From Candidatus Curtissbacteria bacterium (lineage in GTDB: Bacteria; Patescibacteriota; Microgenomatia; Curtissbacterales; GWA2-41-24), in assembly GCA_030647775.1 (NCBI GenBank), contig JAUSJC010000007.1:50038-114037 (forward strand): a DNA stretch of 64,000 bases, given 5' to 3'. The position numbers were made by a program, and so were the translations under genes. This document shows positions 34,985 to 43,899 of the stretch, in pieces (position 1 is the stretch's first letter; each line of letters begins with the position of its first letter). The notes under the pieces were generated by a model. That model saw nothing but the letters and a program-made list of their open reading frames with translations, was not told where the DNA came from and ran no database searches.

Positions 34985-35989
34985 TTATCGAGCCAGGTTC
35001 TCTATGACTGCGGCCATTTTTTGGCTGTTATGGTAAATGGCAAAACTTTCGTCGACATAATTACCTTCAATGATTTTACCGCTCAACTTATCCAGGTTTT
35101 TCGTGTCGACGTTAACGTATTTGTAATTAAAGCCTTGAGGTATTTTAGCATCTTGGTTTGAGTTAACCAAAATTTTATCAAAAGGGTTTGTGCCAAGATG
35201 GGCTTCGAGCGTATTTATGTGATCGGAGACTTTAAAACCTGCCGTTTCAAACGGTTTATTGGCGATATTAACGATAAAGATCTTTTTGGCTTTGGATGAT
35301 AGAAGCAGGTTTTTAATTTGGGGGACGATTATAACCGGCAGGATTGTGGAAAAAAGATCGCCGGGACCGACAATAATTATATCGGCTGTCTTTATGGCAT
35401 CGGCGGCCGCTTTGTAAGTTTTGACTTTGGGCGGATCAAGATGAACTTCTTTTAACGATTTGGCGCGGTTTTTATATTTTCCAAGGTCAATATTTTGTTC
35501 GCCGTAGACCTTTTTACCGTCCGCGGTTTTTGCCCAAATGTTGACGTCACCCAAAGTTGCCGGCAGGACTCTTCCCCTTGGGGAAATAATTCTGGAAAAT
35601 TCTTCGAGCGCTTTCCCGGTATCGCCTTTATAGATATCCACAAGGGCGACAAAAATTAAGTTGCCCAATTTTTGCCCGCCCAGATCCGTATCTTTTCCGT
35701 AGCGCTGGCCGGCGAAGCGGTAGAGGAAGAGTTCTTTGATAACAGACTCTTCGTCGGAAAGCGCTGCCAGGCAATTGACGAGATCACCAGGAGGCGGGAC
35801 TGAGAATGCGCGCCTAAGCCTGCCGGCGGAACCTCCATCGTCCGCCATCGAAACTATAGCAGTCAGGTTATAAGGCATATGCCTTAGGCCTTTAAGGATT
35901 TGGGCAGTGCCGACCCCACCACCAAGGCAGACAATGCTTTGAGCTTTTTCCGGCAGTTCGAAGTAATGCCGAAAGAACGTTTTGAACAT
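34985..35989 (-). CDS. YvcK/CofD-like gluconeogenesis-factor family protein (UPF0052)
   Basis: 'VCLGGGVGTAQILKGL' N-terminal Rossmann-like motif and 'IIVGPGDLFSTILP' segment. Confidence 0.75.
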   Translation of the reverse strand: MFKTFFRHYFELPEKAQSIVCLGGGVGTAQILKGLRHMPYNLTAIVSMADDGGSAGRLRRAFSVPPPGDLVNCLAALSDEESVIKELFLYRFAGQRYGKDTDLGGQKLGNLIFVALVDIYKGDTGKALEEFSRIISPRGRVLPATLGDVNIWAKTADGKKVYGEQNIDLGKYKNRAKSLKEVHLDPPKVKTYKAAADAIKTADIIIVGPGDLFSTILPVIIVPQIKNLLLSSKAKKIFIVNIANKPFETAGFKVSDHINTLEAHLGTNPFDKILVNSNQDAKIPQGFNYKYVNVDTKNLDKLSGKIIEGNYVDESFAIYHNSQKMAAVIENLAR

Positions 35990-36108
35990 TAAGGGTAATG
36001 ATAACGGTTAAGGCATTGAGGCGTCAATCAAATTGTCGATTGTTGATGGTTGATAGTTGATTGGGATTATTGTTCGAACGAAGTGAGAACTTTCCTTAAC
36101 AATTCCCG

Positions 36109-36540
36109 CTACTCGAAAATTATGTGAAGGACTTTTTGGATGAAAGTTATAATTAGCGCGACAAGAATAATGGTAGCCAGTTGATTAAAGTGGTACGCGG
36201 GAAGGATAAGCCCGCCCACGTCGGCACCTTTAAAGTCAAAAGCTTTAATGGTGAAACCAGGGAGATAGATAGTTAGGCCATAAACGAGAATTGCATTCAA
36301 AATAAACGAGACAGACCCGAGAGTTAAAAAGTTAATTGGAAGCAGAATCAGGGAGAAGATCGGCTTTATAAAAAGCGAGAAAGCAAGAAGGGCGCCGATA
36401 ATAACAGCGATGTTTTTAGGGTCATTGCCGATAACAATTGTAGGAATAAGCTTGTAAGCACCAAAGAAGGCTGTTGAGGAAATAATTAATGCTTTTAGGT
36501 AGTGGCGCATGGCAGGTGTATTTAGCGTATCAGGTAACAA
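36109..36540 (-). CDS. YvlD/DUF360-like membrane protein (phage-holin_4_2 family)
   Basis: 143 aa, four TM helices, pattern similar to pfam04020. Confidence 0.45.
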   Translation of the reverse strand: MLPDTLNTPAMRHYLKALIISSTAFFGAYKLIPTIVIGNDPKNIAVIIGALLAFSLFIKPIFSLILLPINFLTLGSVSFILNAILVYGLTIYLPGFTIKAFDFKGADVGGLILPAYHFNQLATIILVALIITFIQKVLHIIFE

Positions 36541-36564
36541 GTATCATGTGTCAAGTATTGAGTG

Positions 36565-37824
36565 TCAAGTCTTTATGAAAGCCTTTGAGCGGAGTTTGCG
36601 GTGATAGGTGATGGCAAAGCGGTGGGCTTCATCACGGATTTCCTGCGCCAGCTGACGCGCCGGGCTTTCTTTGGGGAGGGAGATAGGTCGGATTTTACCC
36701 GATGTATAAATTTCTTCTAAGCGCTTAGCAAGGGAAATGACGGTTGTTTGGTATTTATATTTGTTGAGGATTGATAATACGGCATTTAATTGTCCGCGGC
36801 CGCCGTCGATTATCATCACATCCGGTTTAGGCCAGTTATTTTTAATGCGGCGGGCTAAGACTTCGCGCATCATTTCGTAATCGTTTGGTGTGCTGGAGAA
36901 TTTAATTTTGAAGCGGCGGTACTCTCCTTTGTCGATTTTTCCATTGGTCATAACGACCATCGATCCCGTCGCGTCTGTACCGGAGATATTAGAAATGTCG
37001 TAGCACTCAATCCTTTTAGGAAGTTTCGGGAGATTGAGCGCTCTTTGAAAATCTTTAAGCCTGGTTAACGTGAGATCGTCAACCAGGGTTGGCTGTTCCA
37101 TGAATTCGCGGGGTGTATGGTAGGTTGTCATTAAATACTGCAGGTTTTCTATTTGTTTTTTGGCGGCGGCGGCATCTTCGTATTTTTGAAGCTTTGACAG
37201 GTCTTTCATTCCGTGAACCAGGTCACGAAGCAGAGATTTGGATTTGCCGGACAGGAGCTTTTTTATCTTGACGATTGTCGAAACGTATTCTTGTTTTGTT
37301 TGGCCGTCCCTGTAAGGATAAGGGCACAAACCAAGATGGACATAAAGGCAAGGCTTCCCGGGGTTTTTGTGGACACAGTAGGGGAAAATGCGTCTTGTCA
37401 TTTTTAGAATTTCCCTCGTAGTTTTCGTGTTTGGAAAAGGACCTTTGAGAAAAATCCCCCGTACTGGTTTTTCTTTTCTGGTCGTTTGGATAAGAGGAAT
37501 TTCGTCACTAGTGATTTTTATGTAGAGAGGGCTTTTATCATCTTTGGCAATTACGTTATAAAATGGTTTATTTTCGCGAATTAGCTCGGATTCCAGAAGC
37601 AACGCTTCGAATTCTGAAAAAACTTTGATGTAGTCGATGCTTGTGATGTTTTGTACCAGCTTATTGGTTTTGGGGCCAAGATCTTTGCCGACAAAGTACG
37701 ACTGGGCGCGTTTTTTGATAGAGACGGATTTGCCGACGTAAATTAATTTGCCGTTTTTGTCAAAGAATTTATAAACCCCCGGCTCCTCAGGGAGTTTGGC
37801 GATTTGCCGCTTGAGACTTCCCAC
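36565..37824 (-). CDS. uvrC: excinuclease ABC subunit C, short form lacking the C-terminal (HhH)2 domain
   Basis: N-terminal GIY-YIG 'EEPGVYKFFDKNGKLIYVGKS...KRAQSYF', UvrBC-interaction region, 'ECYDISNISGTDATGSMVV' RNase-H-like endonuclease core; ends at 419 aa. Confidence 0.75.
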   Translation of the reverse strand: MGSLKRQIAKLPEEPGVYKFFDKNGKLIYVGKSVSIKKRAQSYFVGKDLGPKTNKLVQNITSIDYIKVFSEFEALLLESELIRENKPFYNVIAKDDKSPLYIKITSDEIPLIQTTRKEKPVRGIFLKGPFPNTKTTREILKMTRRIFPYCVHKNPGKPCLYVHLGLCPYPYRDGQTKQEYVSTIVKIKKLLSGKSKSLLRDLVHGMKDLSKLQKYEDAAAAKKQIENLQYLMTTYHTPREFMEQPTLVDDLTLTRLKDFQRALNLPKLPKRIECYDISNISGTDATGSMVVMTNGKIDKGEYRRFKIKFSSTPNDYEMMREVLARRIKNNWPKPDVMIIDGGRGQLNAVLSILNKYKYQTTVISLAKRLEEIYTSGKIRPISLPKESPARQLAQEIRDEAHRFAITYHRKLRSKAFIKT

Positions 37825-37836
37825 GGGGGAATTTTA

Positions 37837-39753
37837 CTACAAGTGGTACTTTTTTCTGCTCCTCGCGGTTTTTTTGTAAAGAATAAGCCCGGCGGCGATG
37901 ATTAAAACCGTTATGAGCATGCTCACTAAAAAGCTTTTTAGGAAAATAAGGTTATAGATGGGAAAAGCAGAAACCGGAAGAGCAATTTGGGTACCAGCAT
38001 AGCTTAAAGTGAGCGTATCATTTGAGGAGCCAAAAATGGCCGGGTTTGTAAGTCTGAACTGGAAGCTTCTTTTGGCATAGGGCGGCAAAAGGGCTATTTC
38101 AACAGAATTATCTGTCGGTTGCGGTTTTGCAATATCGGTAATCCTGCGCAGAGTATATGACGTTAGCGTAAGGGATTTTCCAAAAATTGAGGTATTGCCG
38201 GCATTTTCCAGCCTGGCTATAACAGAAACGGGAATGCCGGAAATTATTTTTTGGGGAGCACTTAGGGAAAGCTCGGGTATGACACTTGGCGTCGGAAGGT
38301 CCTGGGCAAATTCGATGGCAATATCTTTGCCAAGATCACCGCTTCTTTTATAGCTTCCGGCAGGGTAAGGGGTTTGGGATGATACTCCCCTTTGAACGAA
38401 AGTAATATGGTTAAAATCCAGTTTTTTAAAATAATCGAGGCCGCCGGAGGTTGAACCCCACGTCGGGTCAACTTGAACCCAGCCCAGCTTATCGTCCCAA
38501 TATTCGGGCCAAGCGTGCAGAACGTCACCCGGAAAAAGAGCCAGCGAAAGAGGCCTTAGGCGCTCGTTTTGCGTATAGGCATAACCTTCAACTTCGCGGG
38601 CGGGAATACCTGCCGCCCTGGCGATAGCGATGAAAAGGTCCGTAAATTCTGTACAGATGGCATCATTAGGACTGGCGGCCGCCGCGGCAGCCCCTTTTCT
38701 TTCAACCCTTGTTTGCTTCAGGCGGTCCTCATTGTAGCTTAAGTATGTTGTGACGAAGTTATAAATTGCCTGCGGGTTTTTGAGCTCTTGAGCCTTTTTT
38801 TTAATGAATGCTGAATCTGTTTCCCAGTATTTTTGTTTTGTTGTATAAAGTTCCCTGTCGCTTTGGCCCAGAGGAGAGTAGATATTCCTGAAGGGCCTGC
38901 TAAAAACTTCTACGAAGCCCGTAGCCGTGACATCAATCTTTTGGTGCGATGAAAGTTTGTAAAGAGCCAGGAAGTTATTATCTTTGTCGACAATGACATC
39001 ACGCGGTGCGGGGTCCAGTTTCTGGATGACAATTTTTTGATAATTGTTATCCGGCGGCAGGGCGATTTCCCGCATTTGGCTTGTCAAATTATTATTTTCA
39101 AGGTGGTAGTTCAGGGTAAAGGAAAAAACCTGTTTTTCGCCGAAAGATATGGCAATGCCTGATTCAACCAGTTGATCTTTGCCAAAGGTGAAGGATTGAC
39201 GAATCCCAACCTTCTCGCTTGTAAGCGGTGACGGGACCGCAAAAGCAATTTGCCCAAAGGATATGGGGGTCGAAACCGCAGCGCTGTAATCGGTTATATC
39301 GGCCGAGCGGGCGAGGCGCGGAATTGAAACTTCCCAAATCTGGCCGGATTTGGAGGCAAGTTCACCCGAGGTATACGTAAGGGTCCAGGGGAGGGTTTTT
39401 TCGATACCAATGACCTTTTGGTTAAATTTAACGCTGATTGTGGTCAAGTTGTTTTCGAATTTCGCCTCTGTTTCCAATGGACCCGTTGCATCCTGGGCTT
39501 TGACGTTTTCTACTTTGGTCGAGCCGATTTTCAGTTCAAATTTATCGGCGTAATAATTGGAAGTTTTATTTTTTAAGACTATTTGTTGGGTAACTTGGGT
39601 TTTGCCCGTTTCGTCGACATCGTACTCGACCTTGTAAGTTGTTCCAAATTCGCCGGCGGCGTGAGTGACGGGAGTGAATAGTGCGTAGTGCACAGTGATT
39701 AGTGAGAGGAGGACGAAAGCGGCAAGACAAAAGCGAACAAGAAAACGCATCAA
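37837..39753 (-). CDS. transglutaminase-like domain protein, membrane anchored at both ends
   Basis: 'CTEFTDLFIAIARAAGIPAREVEGY' catalytic Cys region, 'HAWPEYW' His, N- and C-terminal TM segments. Confidence 0.7.
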   Translation of the reverse strand: MMRFLVRFCLAAFVLLSLITVHYALFTPVTHAAGEFGTTYKVEYDVDETGKTQVTQQIVLKNKTSNYYADKFELKIGSTKVENVKAQDATGPLETEAKFENNLTTISVKFNQKVIGIEKTLPWTLTYTSGELASKSGQIWEVSIPRLARSADITDYSAAVSTPISFGQIAFAVPSPLTSEKVGIRQSFTFGKDQLVESGIAISFGEKQVFSFTLNYHLENNNLTSQMREIALPPDNNYQKIVIQKLDPAPRDVIVDKDNNFLALYKLSSHQKIDVTATGFVEVFSRPFRNIYSPLGQSDRELYTTKQKYWETDSAFIKKKAQELKNPQAIYNFVTTYLSYNEDRLKQTRVERKGAAAAAASPNDAICTEFTDLFIAIARAAGIPAREVEGYAYTQNERLRPLSLALFPGDVLHAWPEYWDDKLGWVQVDPTWGSTSGGLDYFKKLDFNHITFVQRGVSSQTPYPAGSYKRSGDLGKDIAIEFAQDLPTPSVIPELSLSAPQKIISGIPVSVIARLENAGNTSIFGKSLTLTSYTLRRITDIAKPQPTDNSVEIALLPPYAKRSFQFRLTNPAIFGSSNDTLTLSYAGTQIALPVSAFPIYNLIFLKSFLVSMLITVLIIAAGLILYKKTARSRKKYHL

Positions 39754-39832
39754 GAACTAGTGTCAGGTATAAGAGAGCTTATTGTCAACTCCGTTGATAA
39801 GCACGTATCAGGTGTCAAGTCCGCCCACTATT

Positions 39833-39926
39833 GTCATCCTGAATTTATTTCAGGATCTTGGTGAAGATGCTGAAATATACAGTGCCATGCGCCCTCGCTT
39901 CGCTCGGGGCTAGAGTTCAGCATGAC
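39833..39926. repeat. repeat family B copy 1 (about 95-nt double-hairpin element with 11-bp terminal inverted repeats)
   Basis: 'GTCATCCTGAA-TTTAT-TTCAGGATC...GATGCTGAA-ATATACAGTGCCATGCGCCC...-TTCAGCATGAC'; about 85% identical to 42888..42985. Confidence 0.7.
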
Positions 39927-39936
39927 ATTTATGGTT

Positions 39937-42876
39937 TTATAATTCCCTTGCTAAAAATTGTCCGGTGTAGGAGGTTTTGATTTTACTAACTTCTTTAGGT
40001 GTACCGACAGCGATGACCTGACCGCCGCCATCGCCGCCTTCGGGGCCAAGGTCGATTATCCAATCGGTGTTTTTAATGACATCCAAGTTGTGCTCTATGA
40101 TTACCACCGTGTTCCCCTGCCCGACCAAACGTTTGAGGATTAAAAGTAAGCGTTCGATATCGGCAAAGTGCAAACCCGTTGTCGGTTCATCCAGAATATA
40201 CATTGTGCGGCCTGTGGCGCGTTTAGAAAGCTCTGTTGCCAGCTTTACCCTTTGGGCTTCACCGCCGGATAAAGTCGGGGCCGGCTGACCAAGGTGGATA
40301 TATCCCAGACCGACGTCATAAATTGTTTCCAGTTTTATTTTAATTTGTGGAATGTTTTCGAAAAAACGTAAGGATTCCTCGACGGTCATATCCAAAACTT
40401 CAGAAATATTCTTGTTTTTATAATGGATTTCTAATGCCTCTTCGTTGTACCTTTTACCGCTGCAAACTTCACAGTCGACATAGACGTCGGGGAGAAACTG
40501 CATTTCAATTTTAACCTGGCCTTCTCCCTCGCAGGCTTCACAGCGGCCGCCCTTAACGTTGAAAGAGAATCGGCCGGGTTTATAACCCCTAATTCTTGCG
40601 TCCGTTGTTTGGGCAAAAAGCTCGCGGATATGGGTAAAGGCGCCGGTATAAGTTGCCGGGTTAGAACGGGGTGTCCTGCCGATTGGAGACTGGTCGATTA
40701 AGATAACTTTGTCCAGGTTTTCGGCGCCCCTTATTAAATCGTGCTGTCCGGCTTTTTGGCGGGAGCGAAAGATTTCCGTGGCAAGGGCATTATAAAGGAT
40801 GTCGTGAATCAGGGTTGATTTGCCGGAGCCGGAGACACCGGTGATACAAATAAACTTGCCCAGCGGAAATTCGACGTCTATATTTTTCAAATTATGTTCG
40901 GTAGCACCAATGATTGTTAAGGTCTGATCAGCGCCTATATTGTTCGAGCGATAGCGAGAACTAAAAGTAGGTAGTTCTCGATTCGCTCCGCTCCCTCGAA
41001 CAATATCGGCAGATGTAACTTCTACTTTTTTCTTCCCCGAAAGGTATTTGCCGGTAATCGATGCCGGGTTTTTCATAATTTGTGCCGGAGTGCCCTGGGC
41101 AATAATTTTACCGCCGTGTTCCCCCGCCGCGGGTCCAAAATCCAGGATCTCATCCGACTCCATCATCATTTCCCTATCATGCTCAACAACTATAACGGTG
41201 TTCTGGAGGTCCCTTAAGCGTTTTAAAGTGTTAATAAGCCGGATATTGTCCCTTTGGTGGAGACCGATAGACGGCTCGTCCAGAACATAGAGAACGCCGG
41301 AAAGGCCCGAACCGATTTGGGAAGCAAGACGAATCCTCTGGGCTTCACCGCCGGCTAAGGTATTGGCAGTTCTGGAAATGGTTAGGTAATCTAAGCCGAC
41401 ATCAACCAGAAACTGCACCCTGGCGATTAATTCTTTAAAAATGGGTTTGGCGACAATTTTTTCCCTTTCGGATAATTTGTCTTCGCTAGTGGATAAGTCT
41501 TTTAGCCAGATGCTTAAATTGGTGATGGAAAGATCCGTAACTTGGGCAATGGAATTTTTGTCAATGCTGACGGAAAGCGCTTCCGGTTTAAGCCGCGCGC
41601 CGCGACAGGCATCGCAAATATCAATCCTCATAAACTTTTCCGATTCTTTGCGCACAAAATCGGATTCTGTTTCACCGTATTTTCGCTCGAGTTGCGGGAT
41701 TACACCTTCATACTGGGTATCCCAGGTAACGACTTTGCCAAAACGGTTGGGGCCTTTAACACGATAAACTTGATCTTTGTCCCCATAAAGAATTAACTTC
41801 CTTTCGTCATCTGAAAGTTCGCCGACAGATTTATTGATATCGATTGCGTTTTCGCGGCAGACAGTTTCCAGAACGCGCCACGACCACGAATCGCTTTGGA
41901 CCAGACGGGCCCATGGCAGGATGGCGCCTTCGGCGATTGTTAGGTTTTTGTTAAAGACAAGATCCGGATCAACTTTGCGCAGAGTTCCAAGACCACTACA
42001 AAGCTCACAGGCGCCGTGAGGAGAATTGAAAGAGAAAAATCGCGGTTCGATTTCAGGAAGAGATATGTTGTCAACCGGGCAAGCAAATTTTTCGGAAAAA
42101 AGGTGGTCTTTTAATTCCTTTGGATAAGCGGGTATATCAAAAGATTTATCCAGGATTTCGGAAATAATGAGGCTGCCTTCACCGAGCTTTAGGGCCTGTT
42201 CGACAGACTGGGAGAGACGGCTTTTGTCACTGGGTAAAACCAGTCTATCGATGACTGCTTCTATTGAATGCTTATTGGTTTTAATAAGAACAAAGTCCTC
42301 GTCGTTATCCTTAACCTGGCCATCGACTCTGCTATAGGTGTAACCTTTTTTCACCAGATCGCGGAAAAGATCTTTGAACTCCCCTTTCCTGTCTTTAACT
42401 ACCGGTGCCAGAATTAAAACACGGGTACCCGGGCCTTTTTTATCGGTAGCGAGTTTTTGGATTTCATCGACTATTTGTTCTTTAGATCTATGAGAAATTT
42501 CGCGGCCGCAGGTTGGACAATGCGGATGGCCGACTCTGGCAAAAAGTAAACGCAAGTAATCGTAAATTTCAGTAACCGTACCAACTGTGGAGCGCGGGTT
42601 GTGGGAAGCGGCTTTTTGGTCAATGGAAATGGCAGGTGATAAGCCTTCTATAGAATCGACGTCCGGTTTATCCATGACTCCGAGGAACTGGCGGGCGTAA
42701 GATGCCAGTGATTCGACATAACGGCGCTGGCCTTCGGCGTAAATTGTGTCAAACGCCAGAGATGATTTGCCTGAACCGGAAATACCGGTAAAAACCACTA
42801 ACTTATTCTTGGGAATCTCAACCGAGACGTTTTTTAAATTATGCTCGCGGGCACCTTTGATAATGAGTTTATCCAT
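39937..42876 (-). CDS. uvrA: excinuclease ABC subunit A
   Basis: Two ABC ATPase modules ('GISGSGKSS', 'GVSGSGKST'), zinc-finger CxxC pairs, signature 'LSGGE' motifs; 979 aa. Confidence 0.95.
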   Translation of the reverse strand: MDKLIIKGAREHNLKNVSVEIPKNKLVVFTGISGSGKSSLAFDTIYAEGQRRYVESLASYARQFLGVMDKPDVDSIEGLSPAISIDQKAASHNPRSTVGTVTEIYDYLRLLFARVGHPHCPTCGREISHRSKEQIVDEIQKLATDKKGPGTRVLILAPVVKDRKGEFKDLFRDLVKKGYTYSRVDGQVKDNDEDFVLIKTNKHSIEAVIDRLVLPSDKSRLSQSVEQALKLGEGSLIISEILDKSFDIPAYPKELKDHLFSEKFACPVDNISLPEIEPRFFSFNSPHGACELCSGLGTLRKVDPDLVFNKNLTIAEGAILPWARLVQSDSWSWRVLETVCRENAIDINKSVGELSDDERKLILYGDKDQVYRVKGPNRFGKVVTWDTQYEGVIPQLERKYGETESDFVRKESEKFMRIDICDACRGARLKPEALSVSIDKNSIAQVTDLSITNLSIWLKDLSTSEDKLSEREKIVAKPIFKELIARVQFLVDVGLDYLTISRTANTLAGGEAQRIRLASQIGSGLSGVLYVLDEPSIGLHQRDNIRLINTLKRLRDLQNTVIVVEHDREMMMESDEILDFGPAAGEHGGKIIAQGTPAQIMKNPASITGKYLSGKKKVEVTSADIVRGSGANRELPTFSSRYRSNNIGADQTLTIIGATEHNLKNIDVEFPLGKFICITGVSGSGKSTLIHDILYNALATEIFRSRQKAGQHDLIRGAENLDKVILIDQSPIGRTPRSNPATYTGAFTHIRELFAQTTDARIRGYKPGRFSFNVKGGRCEACEGEGQVKIEMQFLPDVYVDCEVCSGKRYNEEALEIHYKNKNISEVLDMTVEESLRFFENIPQIKIKLETIYDVGLGYIHLGQPAPTLSGGEAQRVKLATELSKRATGRTMYILDEPTTGLHFADIERLLLILKRLVGQGNTVVIIEHNLDVIKNTDWIIDLGPEGGDGGGQVIAVGTPKEVSKIKTSYTGQFLAREL

Positions 42877-42887
42877 GATTGATTTGT

Positions 42888-42985
42888 GTCATCCTGAACT
42901 CGTTTCAGGATCTCTTTTGCGTTAGATGCCGAAATATACAGTGCCATGCGCCCTTGCTTCGCTCGGAGCTAAAGTTCGGCATGAC
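42888..42985. repeat. repeat family B copy 2
   Basis: See copy 1; located immediately upstream of the uvrA start. Confidence 0.7.
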
Positions 42986-43069
42986 GAAGTGCAAAGCGAA
43001 TCTACAATTCTAGCACCAAATACAATATTTGGGCAAGAGTTATTGCTGTGAATTTACTTTGACCGCTTG

Positions 43070-43899
43070 GATTTGGTCGCGGAGGATGGCTGCCTGGCTA
43101 ATGCAGTGGCTAATGCAGGTCCGACCTGTTTAGCTTTTGTTTGCTCTCCTTCTCTTCAAATTCCAAAGTTAATTCTGCCAGAACTTCTGCGGAATTAATC
43201 TGGTAATCTTCCACAAAACTCTTGTACGATGAATTGTTTTGCAAGAAGGCTGTTTTTGCAATATTGAAGAAAGCAAGTATTTCTTCCGGGTGGATCCATG
43301 TAGTGTTTCTGGATCCTAAATATTCACCATAGCTAGAATAAGGATATGACAACAGGTCGGACCTGTTTTGATCGTCTAATGTGGCAATACCAGCCGGGTT
43401 TAAATGAATATACCGAGTTAGGTGAAGTAAGTAGGAATCTTCGGTTACAAGAACTCCTTTATATTTTCCTTGAAAAAGTGGCCCTACTCTTTCGTGACGT
43501 TCGTTAAAGTACTTTGTGTAAGCATTACCAATTCTTCTCATAAAACCGACTATCCCGTACTTAGTATTCTGTTTAAGCAATAAATGAAAATGGTTCGGCA
43601 TTAAGGCATAGCAAATAAGTTGTACTTCTTCGAAGATCTTCGATTGTCTTACAGGTCGGACCTGTTTGGGCGTAGGTGGTAGTAAATAGCTTTTAAGGTA
43701 TGAGAGGAAAATTTTGTAATCCATTTCGTCGTCAAAAACTATTCGTTTATCTACTCCACGGTTGTACACGTGATAAAAACCACCCTCTAAGTATTGTTTG
43801 ACGGAGTTTTTCGAAGGCATGCAGAATATAATAATACACCAAAGCAGGTCGGACCTGTTATGGGGATTTGAGTGACATGATTTGGTCGCGGAGGATGGC
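43070..43899. mobile_element. IS200/IS605-family (RAYT-like Y1 transposase) element bounded by perfect 21-bp direct repeats and carrying four 17-bp palindromes
   Basis: Direct repeat 'GATTTGGTCGCGGAGGATGGC' at 43070..43090 and 43879..43899. Palindrome 'AACAGGTC(G/C)GACCTGTT' at 43115..43130, 43351..43367, 43651..43666 and 43844..43860. The insertion truncates the uvrB 3' end. Confidence 0.65.
43110..43820 (-). CDS. IS200-like Y1 (HuH) tyrosine transposase / RAYT
   Basis: HuH motif 'MPNHFHLLL' and catalytic Tyr region 'RYIHLNP'; likely start at the Met of 'MPSKNSVKQYLEGGF'. Two of the palindromes lie inside the reading frame, translated as 'NRSDL' and 'VRPV'. Confidence 0.65.
   Translation of the reverse strand: MPSKNSVKQYLEGGFYHVYNRGVDKRIVFDDEMDYKIFLSYLKSYLLPPTPKQVRPVRQSKIFEEVQLICYALMPNHFHLLLKQNTKYGIVGFMRRIGNAYTKYFNERHERVGPLFQGKYKGVLVTEDSYLLHLTRYIHLNPAGIATLDDQNRSDLLSYPYSSYGEYLGSRNTTWIHPEEILAFFNIAKTAFLQNNSSYKSFVEDYQINSAEVLAELTLEFEEKESKQKLNRSDLH

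Noticed and set aside
39958-42019. Several 60-110-aa plus-strand ORFs inside uvrA, and similar antisense ORFs inside uvrB, ppsA, eno, gpmI and xseA
   Set aside because: Antisense to long, well-supported genes; typical spurious ORFs.
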